In this document: in pieces, positions 36,192-49,279 of the stretch | How positions within the stretch are numbered: the stretch's first letter is position 1 | Layout of the letters: every line of letters begins with the position of its first letter | Origin: Pseudogymnoascus verrucosus | Taxonomy: Eukaryota | DNA length: 64,000 bases | NCBI GenBank assembly: GCA_001662655.1 | Contig: KV460255.1 | Direction: 5' to 3' (one strand) | Translations under genes and position numbers: made by a program | The notes under the pieces: generated by a model | Database searches by the model: none | Told to the model about the DNA's origin: nothing | What the model saw: the letters and a program-made list of their open reading frames with translations, nothing else

Positions 36192-39100
36192 TCATGTATT
36201 CGTCATAAGGTCGTCAATTCGTCGTTGCCGGGGATCAGTGAGTCTGTATCATGTTAGCATCCATCAACCCCGTAATAAATAATCCTCAACACCAGGGTAA
36301 CTAACCTAATAAGCTTCACATCAGCATCCCTCTCCGCCCCACCCCCAATCCCCGTCGGCGTAATCAAGATAAACTGCCTCCCAATAGCCCTTCTCGCCGC
36401 CCCGATAATCAGATTCGTACTGACGTCGCGATTCACCTGGTCCATGAAGACGTCGAATTCATCGAGGCAGCGCAGCGGCGAGCCCATGGCGTCCCAGACA
36501 CTCATAAGTAGACAGATGTTGGAGAAGGATTTCTCGCCGCCGCTGAGGGTTGTTGTGGCGCGGCCTTCGGCGCTCTTTTTGGTTTCGTCTGGTTCGACGC
36601 GGATAGTTAGAGCCTTATTTTTGTGGTCGAGAGTTAGCTTTCCACGGAATCCGCGCTCGCTGAGGAGGTATGTGAATTGCATGCGCGCGCTCGCAGATAC
36701 GTTGCTTTGGAATTGGCGCCACCTTTGGAGACGTTTTTGGTGGCTATCCTTTAGAGTCTGGAGGAGCTCATCAAGACTTCGTGCTTGGCGGACGGCGTTT
36801 TCATGTGATGCTGTTGCTTGCGCGAACTCCTCGTATATCTCTCGATCAGACCCACCAGCTAACCTCTCATGGCGACTGACTGCCGCCTTGATATCCTCGT
36901 ATTTCTTTTCGATGCTCGCCAATGTCTGCCCTGGGTCGAGGCGAACACGCTCAGCGCAAATCATTCTAGCCTGCGAAATGAACTCTTCAACAGTCTCCGC
37001 CTTTGCATCCCTCTCCTCCTCAGCTCGTACTTTACCAGCCTTGAGATCTTCCACATTCTGCGCAGCGGAATTCTTAGTTTGCAAAGCAATCTGTCGTGCC
37101 TGGCGAAGCCTCCTCCCTTTATCCTCTGCCTTCTTGATGGTGACATCGTGATTCGCGATTTGTGACTTGATGGCATCCAGGGCGACTTTACGAGTCCGAG
37201 CAACGCCATCCTGTCCCTCTCTAGCCACGCGTGCTTGGACATAACTTCCCTTGTGGAGCTCTACTTCGGTCTGAGCTTCAGTTAAATCGTCCCTTAAAGC
37301 TTCCAGACGCCCGTCCTCCACGTTATCTTCATCGAGGGCCGCCTGCTTGCGCTCAATCGCTTCCTCGGCTTTTTGCAGTTCCCTCTCGGCGTTTCGCTTT
37401 GCTTGCTTGTGCTTCTGTATAGCTTGTTCGTGGCCCCTCATGACTCTTTGAAGGGCATCGGTTTTTGATTTAAGCTCAGTTAATTCCCCCTGAAGATGCT
37501 GTAGCATTGCCCTCTGCTGAGACAGTTGGCTTTCGATATCGGTTTTCATTCTAGGCTTTCCCTCCGGAGGTGTAATAGGGCTAACGCTTCTATCCGATGA
37601 AGCTCCTGTATACCCCAATCTTAAACCCCAACCCCTTCGACTATCGCTCAGACAGAAGCACTGTTTGACGTTTCGCGGTTTGGCGCCATCATACATCGCG
37701 CTCATTGCAGCTTGTCTCTCTTCGATCAGAATCGTCTGTTCTATACCTTGGTTGATAATCAGCTGTCTGCGGATCAACTCGTTGTCGATCTCCAAGACAC
37801 GCAGAACGGTATCAAATTGACTGTCAGGTTCATGACCACGAACGTCAATAGGCTGGTTATTGCCTATCATAATGGGGCATCTTTGAAGATTGAGTTGGCG
37901 CATCATGTTTGAGAGGCGCTGCTGATCGGCCTTGCTTGTGACCACGAAGCCATTCAATACATTTCCAATCGACCTCTCTAGTGCATTGGACCAGACAGGC
38001 TTTAGTAGCTTGATATGGAGGCCGATCGGTCCAACCGGGGTCTCGTTGAAGCCTTGGTCATTCTTAATCATGGTTAAGAGCCTTGGAATTTTCTGGTCAA
38101 ACCCTGCCATTTGCTGTCCCGCGTCGCGTGATATGGATGATAGTCGCTCTTGACAACGCTCGATCTCACTCTGCTTCTGTCTTAATGGCGCCTTCGAATC
38201 TTCGAACTCCCTGAGAGCTTTCTGGTGTGAATCTTGTAGTTCCGAATCATCTGCACGTTCGACCATATTCTGCCTTGCTTGTGATGCTAGCTGTTGTGCA
38301 GCTGTAAGATCCGCCATCTTTTCAGCATGGGCTCCACCATTTGCATTTTCTATCCGTTGCCTCTCCGCGGCTATATCACTCTCTATCTTTGCAACCTTTT
38401 GTTTCGAAGCAGTAAGAAAGTCGCGAATTTGTCGATACTCCTGGTGCATGTTTGCCACTTCCTGGTTGGCGGCATCGCAATTGGCCTTCATTTCTCGCTC
38501 CTGTTCTTTCAAAGGATACATGTCCTCCATCAACTGACGTGTGACATCGTCAGACCTATCAACAGCCTCATCGTGCCTCTGGTATTCCTGGTCCATGCTC
38601 TCAATACTGTTCTCGGCTTTTTCAATATTGCGCTGAGCCTCATCAACGATCTCCTGCAATTCTTGTAATTGCCGTTCTTCATTTTCAACTTGGCCCCAGG
38701 CAAGTTGATTGAGGTATTTCTGTTGGGAATTTCGCAGATCTTTATTCTTCTCTGCGGTATTTGCACGCTCTTTTGCTCGTTCAACTCTTTTCTCGGAAGA
38801 TTTTAAAGCTTGTGCTTGCCCTTTTATCTTGGCTTCCATCACTTCCATTGTTTCCGCAACAAGACGATAGTCATTATCGAGCTGCTCCAACTGGACTCCT
38901 TGAAGAAACATCTTATACTTCAGGCTTGGCGCAGCGGCGTTGAGAAATTGCTTTGCGCTATCCTGGGTCAATATGCTCATTGGATTTTCTATTTGCAGTT
39001 GGAAGTATTCGGTTATATCTTCAATATCGGATTTCTTGGTCGAGATGAGGCGCCCCTGAGCGCTCTTGAGCTTGAACCCGCTCGTGCCCGATTTCGAAAA

Positions 39101-39816
39101 GTGCCGCTCGACTATAATCGAGTTCTCAAACAACTCAGGCTTATAGGCGTCGCTCCCTTGGTTCTTTAACTTGATCTCCAGGTTCGCTTGCTCTCGGTCT
39201 CCCTTGATGAAACTCTTGAGGCTGGCTCCGCGATTTGTTGCGCTCGCTTTTCCACCTAGACAGATCGTTATTGCGGTGAGAATGGCGCTTTTGCCGCTTC
39301 CGTTTTCCCCGATGATAAAATTGATCAGAGGCCCCAAGGTGACATGCAGTTTCTCGTGGCACATGAAGTTTGTCATTATAACTTCTTCGATTATTCCATT
39401 ATCCGCCGCCCGGTTCGCGCCAATCGCTTTGCTCCGAGCCAGTATGCGCCGTGTCGCGCGCTCATCGTAAATATCCTCATTCTCAAGGTGGGCGAAGTCG
39501 GCATCTCTGTCGAGTTCGTATTGAGTGCTTGCAGCTAAACCCCCCGTGCCCTGGCTTGGCTCGACATATTCTTCGACGTCGGAGGGAGAACTTGACCGCC
39601 CCTGTTGGGGGCGAGAAGTGCTTGGAGTTACACCGGAGGAACGCACACGTTTTCGCAGCTGTAATTCTGTTAGCTGGCATGCGGGGGAATGTAGCTGGTA
39701 GCTATATTCAAACAAGAGAGGCTTACTGGTTCGGCGCGCAAGCTGGAGGTAGCGGTTTCCACGGAGATGAGGTCTCCATCGTCAATATGCGCCCTGACGC
39801 GCTTTATAGGTGCCAT
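36192..39816 (-). CDS. SMC6: Structural maintenance of chromosomes protein Smc6; 3 exons
   Basis: ATG 39816, introns 39726-39659 and 36305-36244. NFMCH, Walker A GENGSGKS, coiled coils and hinge, LSGGEKSFS, LDEFDVFMD. Confidence 0.95.
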
Positions 39817-40476
39817 GCCCCTCACCAGTGTTGGCCGGGTGTGGACTTTTCGGCACTAGTATAGCAACTGTCACTGTGTAAAGTAGTGCTTAGTCCTCCA
39901 TGAGTCGTATGTCCGTCAAAGTCTAAAGTAGAAGTGGGCTTTGACAAAGGCGCGGCTAGCTTGGACCCTTAAGGCTGAAAGGTGGCGTTGTTAGGGAGAG
40001 CGCGTCTGGGAATTTGACGCGGTTCACGACAACACGTGCATCGTCAGATACAAATTTGGTATGTATGATCCCGCAAACATTCATGAAGTTACATACGAAA
40101 TGCAGTACATTGTACATTACAATTAAGATACACATGGGCTGTAAATTATTATGGGCCCGTTCACTAGCTACCAATCTAAGTTATAGAATTCACATGGGCA
40201 CCTCGTGCGACTTGGAGCCGAATCGGTTCTGTTCTATATTGTTCGGGTATATGCTCGGGGAATACAGCTTTAAATCCCATGAAAGCTTTCGCCTGGTCTT
40301 ATTTATAGCTATAAACGATTTGAACCCTTGCGATTCATCTTATAAGGGTGGCAGATTCTTATTTGATTTCATGCCTGGTATAACGGGGCTGGATAGCTCC
40401 AACATGTCTTTTTCCATGCGTCTTTCCCTTCACACTTCTCATGGCCTATCCAAGGCCTGAACGTTGAATACGGCGT

Positions 40477-42426
40477 CTAGGCTTCTCTTGCAGCCGTAAG
40501 AGCTTGCTCGAACACTTCTTTCAAGAGCGCTGTTTCCTCGAGACCAATGCTTATACGAACCAGATCTGGATCAACACCGAATTGGCTGGCCCAGTCTAAC
40601 TCCATGAAGTGAGCCAGAACCACGTATGGCGAGGTCAACGTGAAGTTCGTACCCAAACTGGGACCCTTAGCTGTGTCGATGCGATCAAAAAAGGCAACTG
40701 CTTGGGCCTTTGTATTAAAGGTGACTGAGAGGAGACCACCATATCCACCTGTCGGAGTTCGGCAGGCATCATAAAATTCCCGAGACTGAACGCATTTCGG
40801 GTAGTACACCTTTTTGACAACGGATTGAGAGCTTAGCAGGTCGCAGATTACCTCTGCGTTGTGGTTGATTCTGTCGATTCGAGATATGAAGTCTCGACTG
40901 TTTCGCTCCATGAACAAAACATCTTCGGCCCAGTAATTGTCCTCATACTGTGTCTTCGCAATTTCTTTCAATTTCGAGTAGTATGGTCCTGTTGGGTTGA
41001 AGATTGCGCTTCCTCCCATCACATTGCATTCGCCAGTAAAAATCTTGGTGAGACTGCTTACGACAATATCAACGTGAGGTAGAACATTGATGTTGATGAA
41101 GTTGCCAATGGTCTCGTCTATCACGACTGCGAAATCGTACTGGAGAGAGAGCTTTCTGATCCGTAGCAGGTCGGGCGATTGCAGTAAAGGGTTTCCGGGA
41201 AATTCTGCAAAGAGAGCCAGATATCTTTCGCCACTCTGAAGCCTTTTCTCGAGGTCGTCCAGATCTTCAGAAGATCCATTTCCATAAAAGAGGCAGCCAG
41301 GTCCAAACTTCTGCAAGATCTTGAGTGTGTCTACATATGGAAACCCAAAGGAGATGCTCTTCAGCGGTTCTCGGGCCTGCAATAATAATTGGTGGGCATT
41401 GAAGATGGCGTTCATGCCGCATGGGTATAAATACACGTCGTCTTCAGAAAGCCCACTCACACCCCGTGCGCTAGCATCCATCGTACTGCTGAAACCAGTA
41501 CTCAAATCAACACTCCCTACCAAAGAACCGGCGATTCGCCTCTTAATTGCAGACTTAGCATTGCCGAGGAACGTTACATCGAGATTGCGGCCAAACCGTT
41601 CTTCCACAAATTGCGAGAACTCTTTGTCCGCATTGCTCACACCGGGTGATTTCTCACCAGTCCCATTCGAAGACAGACCACCAACTTTAGGAGGGCTGCA
41701 TGTTTTATCAATCGACATCCCTCTCCTATATCTCTTAGGGCCCTTGTGAAAGTTTTGCTGTTCTTCGGTTGCATGCTTCAGAGTGGATTTCTCAACTAGG
41801 AGACCTTCCTGTAGCAAGCCATGGCAGAATTCTCCCCGTCGACTTGAAATACCATCTCCGGAATGCTGCCAGTACTGTTTTGCCACAGAGAAGAACTCTT
41901 TCGGAAATATAACGGCGGAAACAGACGGCGCTGCGATCTTCAGGCTCTCTGTGGTGATTTTCTTGGGGTCCATGACAAGATCAACTATTCGAATACTTGT
42001 TCGCGGTATGGAAGGTTCCGTTCGAAGAACAAAGTCCAGGCATCTGTTGGCCGCCCCGGGGCCAGGAAATAGCATCGCTTGCTCTCCATCTTTGCCATAG
42101 GTCTTAACAATGTCTTCGGCCAACGCGGTGATAAGTTTATTGACGAAAAATCTGAGGATGTTTAGTCGGTAATAATTCGTGGAGGGTATGTGAGAAATCT
42201 AACCTTGGATAGCCAGTCTTCATATTGTCTATAACCCATGGCTCGCCCTCTTCATATGCGACGTTGGCCTTCCATGTTGGAAGAGAAACGCTGACAGCCT
42301 GTGTTCGTTCTAATCAACACTCCGGCCTACCAGAAATTTGGGCGGGGCATGGTGGGTAGTATATCGAAAAACGCTCACATGTGAAGTGTTCGCGGGAATA
42401 GTCTCTCCCACGGCCGCTGGAGGCAT
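40477..42426 (-). CDS. STR2: Cystathionine gamma-synthase (PLP-dependent); 3 exons
   Basis: MPPAAVGETIPANTSH|AVSVSLPTWKANVAYEEG..TGYPR|FF. Motifs FPYVDTLKIL, EFPGNPLL, SSLTKIFTG, KGPSLGTNFTL. Confidence 0.92.
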
Positions 42427-42578
42427 ATTGGATCGATGTTCGCACAAAAATATGTGTAAACTCGAGGCTTTTCTTGTTGTAAAAGAAGCAATTAAAATAG
42501 TCGCGGGGTCGTCCGACTCATTTCGGCACCGACATCGCCCCTCTGGTCCACCCACCTGGCCTGGTCCGCCCGATTGTC

Positions 42579-42590
42579 CGATAAGATAAG
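42579..42590 (+). promoter_or_regulatory. Tandem GATAAG (CTTATC) motif upstream of a ribosome-biogenesis gene
   Basis: CGATAAGATAAG about 115 bp upstream of the UTP22 ATG. AGATAAGAT also occurs at 27300-27308, upstream of SGD1. Confidence 0.4.
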
Positions 42591-42704
42591 AAACGCTTGG
42601 ACCATCAAAAACTGAATCTCAAATCCATACTTTCTCTTGATATTGATACTCGAAAGAACCTTGAACTACCTCTTATCCCCACCGAGCCCTTTGGCTCCCA
42701 TTCA

Positions 42705-45700
42705 ATGGAGCCGCAGACGACAAAAAGGCGCAAGCTTGATACAACAGCTGAAATGCCCCAGGCTAGCGATGACTCCAATCCCTCCGTTCCAATGGGCGCG
42801 GCGGCGACACAAAACCCAAGCGGAACGGCTGCGACAATGAAATCGCATAAAACCAGCAGCGCTGCTGCACCTTTCACGGGAGATGCATACAATTCAAGTC
42901 TGTTCAAGCTTCAAGTAGAGGAGATGTTAGTGGAAGTGAAGCCAAATTACGCAAAGCGACTGGGTCTTGTTGGTAACGTTTTGCGAAAATTGAAAACACT
43001 CATAGAGGCCATTCCGGACCGTGAAGAAATGCCAGTAAGCAACTGCGCCAACTTTGGAATCCAATACCATGTGCTAAACTGTTATGTAGTTTCATGATGC
43101 GACAAAAGTTTTACTGAAAACCCATAGGGTTATGGTGCCTTTCCCAGAACCCAGGCCTGACAAGTCAACAGCCTACAAATTGGCATATGCGAAGCCGTCG
43201 AACGTAAACGTTGTGGGCAGCTATCCGTTGAAGACCATGGAAAAGGCAGACAGTACAATGGTGATTGATATGGTTGTGACCATACCAGCGTCTATTTTGC
43301 AAGAAAAGGACTATCTCAACTACAGATACTTCTATAAGAGGGCATATTATCTTGCTTGCATTGCTGCAGGGCTACAAAATGAGGAAGAGGAGCCATTTGA
43401 TCTCAGCATGGAGAACCTCCACGGAAACGACTTGCAGCCTGTTCTGGTTGTGAAACCAGGAAAGAGTAAGCGTCCCTTCCCACCAATCTTAATTAAATGC
43501 CCTACTAATACAAGACAGATGGTGAGCCCACGGAATTCTCGAAGTCTCGTTGCGAGATACGCATTATTCCTGCTTGCCCTAAGGGGTTTTTTGCTGACAG
43601 CAAATTGCACCCCACGAAGAATTCCATCCGGCCTAAAGCTGGGCCAACTGGCGAGACCGTTGCTCCAGCCCCTACCCCATTTTACAATGCAACTCTGCAA
43701 GTTGAATGCAACCACGAGGCTTATTTGAAGCTCTTGCACCAAACTGTGAAATCGTCCGAAGGCTTCGTAGACGCTTGCGTCCTTGGCCGTATCTGGCTTC
43801 GCCAACGTGGATTTGGAAGCTCTGTTTCGGATGGTGGCTTTGGAAATTTTGAATGGGCCGCGTTGACTGCGCTATTGCTACAAGGAGGTGGCCCAAAGGG
43901 CCGCAAGGCCCTGTCTCCCGGTTATAACAGCTATCAGCTCTTCAAGGGCATGGTGCAATATCTAGCCACAAGCAACATGGTGGCAACACCAACTCTAATT
44001 CAGGCTGGGGATCCCCCCATTCCTAAGTCACACCTACCAACATTTTACGATGGCCCAAGAGGGCACAATGTATTATTTAAGATGTCAGCTTCGTCTTACG
44101 ACATGCTCCGACAAGAAGCACAGGTTTCCCTCGACATGCTGAATGACGAAGTTTTCGACCAGTTTGAGGCTACGTTTATTCTCAAGAAAGACAACCCTCT
44201 CCAACAGTTTGACAGCGTCATCAAAATCGATGGCTCCAGCGCTACTGGAACTGTTAGTCCTCAAGATCGCAGATCTAATAATTGGCTGTTAAGCTCGAAA
44301 ATATTTAACGTCCTGAAGGAAGCTTTAGGTGACAGGGTGAAGCTTATTCATGTCAAATTCGACGACCATTCGCGCTGGAAGACAAAGAGCTCACCGCCAT
44401 CACCTTCTCCTCATATTCAAGTTGGCCTTGTTTTCGACCCAGAACATATTCACAGGGCTGTTGACCATGGGCCAGCTGCCGAAGACAAAAAAGCAGCAGA
44501 GACGTTCCGTAACTTCTGGGGCAACAAGTCGGAGTTGCGTCGTTTTAAGGATGGCAGTATCCTTGAAAGTTTGGTGTGGACGAAGACCCCTAATGCGTCG
44601 ATATTCGAACAGATTATTGCGTATATTCTCAACAGGCATATTGGCTTAAATCCCAATAGAGATCTGTCTATCGTTGGAGATTCTTTCGATGCCCTTCTAC
44701 CGGACTCGGTGTCAGATACGGCCGCATTTACTTCTCTCAAGGAGTCATTCAAGACATTGGAACAAAGTATCAGAGATCTCGAACAGCTACCATTGCAGCT
44801 CAAGCAACTCTCTCCTATCGGAGCACAACTACGCTCCTCGTTTATTAATGCGCCTGATTACGGACCCCGCAACCCGTTACGCTACCCTGCTGAGGTGTTG
44901 ATCGCCTTTGAAGGCTCCGGTAGATGGCCAGACGATGTTGTGGCTATCCAACGTACCAAGGTTGCTTTCTTAATAAAAATCGGGGAGTTGCTAGAGCTTA
45001 CTAGCCAACGCTACAAGGCAAAGCTTGGTCTTGAACACCACGACGAGCCGCTTCTTAACTACCCGTTCCTCGATATTACTGAGCCATCTGGTGCAGTTTT
45101 CCGTCTGAGAATCCACAACGACCGCGAGCAAACACTACTTGAGAACCAAGTCAAAAGCAAATCAAGCGACGCGCACAGTGCAATTGCTGCGCTAGCACAG
45201 TACAAGTACATGTTCCTACAGTTACCACTTCACACACAATCAGTTGCGACACACTGCACTAGATTCCCTCTGCTGTCTCCCACCATGCGCCTTGTTAAGA
45301 AATGGTTCAGCGCGCATATGCTCTCCACTCACTTCAGGGAAGAGCTCATCGAGCTTCTCGTCATCCGAACATTCTTACAGCCTTACCCATGGCGCGCTCC
45401 TTCATCAAGCATGACGGGATTCCTGCGCACACTCCAGTTCATCGCCAGATGGGACTGGCGCAACACGCCCCTGATTGTGGACTTTGGTGGAATTATGACT
45501 AGCAAAGAGATCTCCGCCATCAACGTGCGACTTGAGGCGTGGCGCGAAGTCGACCCGGGAATGAACCGTGTTGTGCTTTTCGCGGCTACCAACCACGATG
45601 TATCCGGGACGACGTTTACAGATGGTATGCCATCAAAGGTCGTTGCATCACGCATGACCGCGCTTGCGCGATCTGCCTGTAAGCTCCTGAAGGAAGAGGG

Positions 45701-46145
45701 GCTGCAACTTGATCCCAAGACACTATTCGTGCCTTCGCTGGGCGATTACGATTTCGTTATCTACCTGTCTCCCAAGTTTGCCGGATCTCGCCGCGGCAAG
45801 AGGGATGCCAAAACAGCTAAGTTCAAGAACTTGGATATCCAAACAGAAGAAGATCTACTCTATGTTGGATATGAGCCGGCGAGACTGTACGTTGAAGAGC
45901 TGAGGGCACTGTACACTACCACAATGGTTCTGTTCCACGACGAGTCCTCCAGCAATGTCATTGCTGGGATTTGGAGCCCCCAGACAGCGACGAGAGCGTT
46001 TAAGGTCAATATGCCCTATGCAACAAAAGCCCTGGGTGGTAGTGAAGAAACGGCGGGTCAGGTTGCAATCGACAAAGATGCTATTATGTCGGAAATGGCA
46101 AGGTTGGGAGGGGATATGGTGTTCAAAATAGAATTGAGGCGCTGA
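42705..46145 (+). CDS. UTP22: U3 snoRNA-associated protein Utp22 (Nrap family); 3 exons
   Basis: Introns 43035-43089 and 43466-43518. Motifs KDYLNYRYFYKRAYYLA, WLRQRGF, FWGNKSELRRFKDGSILES, FEGSGRWPDD. Confidence 0.94.
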
Positions 46146-46648
46146 TACCCTAGGTCTCTTTGTATCTAACTTACTATATTGTTGGGATTGAATAAACAAC
46201 AAGTTCATAGACAATATTCGCATCGTTGATATGGTTATGTATGTGATAAGTAGTCCATAGTTGTCACAACGGAATGCTCTGTGACTGATGGGGCCTCGTG
46301 CATATGTCAAACGCGGCATCCCTCCGCTGCGATTTTCGGAGCCTTCCGCACGAGGCTGAGAGCCTCCTTGACATCCTATTGGTTCCCCGGATCGTGATGC
46401 CGAGGGCCAGCCTTTTCCGCGAGGGTAACCGTCTCCCCGCATAATGCTTCTTCCGCCGCTGCCCGTGCGACTCCTAGCACATAAGAGCTACCGGGTGCCA
46501 TTTCTCAGTCTTAGCCGATCTATCTTCTCTCCTACATATTGCAAAATAAATTCTATAATTCTACCTGTCAGTCGCATTGAATTGGTGAACTGTAGGATCA
46601 TTCCTCTAATCTAGCACCTTGTCCTCCCTCAATAAAACATATATCACA

Positions 46649-48324
46649 ATGCCGTCTGCAACGCTGTGCATGCGTACCGCAAGGGCGTACACCAAACATA
46701 GCAACGTTCGTACCGAAACCCCATTTGCTAATTGAGGTTCAGTTTGCTAACTCTTGTTACAGCATGCCATCCTCTTTGCTCGCACGTTTGCGTCGACTTC
46801 CAGGAGAGCTGAGATCAACAAGGTTCTCCCATCTGCCGCGGAAGCCATCAAGGACATGAAGGCGAACTCCACCCTCCTCTGTGGTGGTTTTGGACTCTGC
46901 GGTGTTCCGGATACCCTGATCGACGAGGTCTTGAAGAACAAGCACATCTCTGGCCTGACAGCCGTCTCCAACAATGCCGGAACCGACAACTCGGGCTTGG
47001 GCAAGCTTCTCAAGTCGAAACAAATCAAGAAGATGGTTGCAAGTTATATCGGCGAGAACAAGACATTCGAATCCATGTATCTCACTGGCGAGGTTGAGCT
47101 GGAACTTACCCCACAAGGAACACTTGCAGAGCGTTGTGCCGCTGGTGGCAAGGGCATTCCAGCTTTCTATACCCCAGCTGCCTTTGGAACCGTTGTCCAG
47201 ACCGGAGAGCTGCCGCTTCGCCACAACCCAGACGGTACTCCAAAGGAGTATTCGTACCCTAAGGATGTTAAGGTCTTCGATGGGAAGTCATACCTCTTGG
47301 AGGAGAGCATTAAGGGTGACTACGCCTTTGTCAAGGCCTGGAAGGCCGATAAGCTCGGTAACTGCCAGTTCAGACTTACTGCAAACAACTTCAACGGTGC
47401 TATGGGACGTAACGCAAAGATGACCATTGTCGAGGCCGAGCATATCGTCGAGCCGGGAGAGATTGCCCCGGAAGCTGTCCATCTCCCAGGTATCTACGTC
47501 AAGCGCGTTATTCAGTCTACTTCGGAGAAGCAAATCGAGAAGTATACCTTCAAGAAGGAAGAGAACGAAGGCGAGGAGGGCGCCAAGAAGGCACTCGGAA
47601 GCGGCGAGGCAGCAGCAAAGAGAGAGAGAATCGTAAGAAGGGCCGCGAAGGAGTTCAAGAACGGAATGTACGCCAACCTCGGCATCGGCATGCCCATGCT
47701 TGCCCCAGCCTTTGTCGGGCCAGAAGTCGAGGTCCAGTTGCAGTCCGAGAACGGAATTCTTGGTCTTGGCCCATACCCAGTGAAGGGCATGGAGGATGCG
47801 GATCTCATTAACGCCGGTAAGGAGACCGTCACTCTGAACCCTGGTGCGGCCGTATTCGGAAGCGAGGAGTCGTTTGGAATGATCCGAAGCGGCCGTGTCA
47901 ACCTGACCATCCTTGGTGCTATGCAAGTCAGCGCATCTGGCGATCTGGCCAACTGGATGTTGCCAGGTAAGATAAAGGGATTCGGAGGTGCTATGGACCT
48001 GGTTAGCAACCCAGGCATGACCAAGGTTGTGGTCACGATGGAGCACACCGATAAGAAGGGCAACGCCAAGATCGTCAACCAGTGCGCCTTCCCATTGACT
48101 GGAAAGGCCTGTGTTTCCAGGATCATCACCGAACTCGTAAGTCTCATTGGGGATGAAGATTGCTGCTGTCGAATATTGCTAACATGATACAGGGTGTGTT
48201 TGATGTTGACTTCGCAACGGGTTTGACTCTGATCGAGCATGCGGATGGCGTGACAGTCGAGGAGATCAGGTCGAAGACGGGGGCACCATTCAAGGTTGCG
48301 GATGATCTGAAGCCAATGTTATAA
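46649..48324 (+). CDS. OXCT1: Succinyl-CoA:3-ketoacid CoA transferase (SCOT), mitochondrial; 3 exons
   Basis: ATG 46649, introns 46706-46762 and 48137-48192. Motifs [24 protein letters not shown], catalytic SENG, GGAMDLV. Confidence 0.95.
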
Positions 48325-49279
48325 GTGAGGTGATCTAGCACACGGCATATTTTGTTATTTTATTATCGGGGGCGTTCTTGCATCTGGCCATATGTATAGT
48401 ACTAAGTTACAGGACGAGCGGTATATAGTACTTACTAGAGATTGACGAGGCATTAAACATTAAACATTCAGTGGAGTTCATTCGAGATGCTGTCACCAGT
48501 CATATGCTGTAACCTGTAACATGCTTAGGGTTCTACAGCTGTTGTATAGTTAGTATTGGTGTCGCCTTCAATTTTAGTATATCCGATTTATATGAGACTG
48601 TCTTTCCAGAGGTGCAGTATATAACTTGCATACTATACACATACCTGTTGGTCCCTTGGTCCGTGCACTCCCCAAGGGTGTAAACTGTAAGGGTACTGCA
48701 CGGTACCACACTATACTGCTGAACTATGCCCTAAAAGAGCTGCAAATCTAGGCGGTGAGCTGTACTTTGTATGTACTGCACTATACTATATCTTCGCTTG
48801 ATGAGCCAATCTGAGCTGAGCTTCACCTTCCCTTGAGGAAACCTTAAGGGATCAATCCAACCTCAACTTTCCTGTATACGCAAACACACAACTCTTGAGG
48901 CTGAAAAAAAGAACACACACTTACACACGCAAACATTCAATCATCAACAGCCCTTAAATCCTCCTCCTCAACCACCAACTTCTTACCACGAGCAGTATCA
49001 ACAACCCTCTACTCCACGCTGAAACCGGCGCCCAGACAGCGACAACCACAAACCACAATACCCGAGCCTCGAGCCACTCTACTCACCCACTACCCCTCAG
49101 TCAACGTCAACTTCACAAGTTGGCCCCCCAAAGCAACAAGCCAGAAGCCCTCTTCCGCAACCCTTTGATACCCAAGGCGACAAAGGAAACATCACATAAC
49201 TAGCGTCTCGACGCTTCAAAATAACCAGACCTACCAATATCAACCCCTTCCATACTCACCAGCACATCTTCACTTCACA

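Noticed and set aside
39945..40030. CGCG-core (MCB-like) boxes upstream of SMC6
   Set aside because: No exact ACGCGT; plausible but not supportable from sequence alone.
47288..48240. Two long minus-strand ORFs (252 and 242 aa)
   Set aside because: Antisense shadows of SCOT.
48310..48335. Cryptic peroxisomal targeting by stop readthrough in SCOT or other enzymes
   Set aside because: No TGA-CTA readthrough context at the stops examined (SCOT, LPD1, COQ9, UTP22, SGD1, HAUS1); SCOT ends KPML-TAA.
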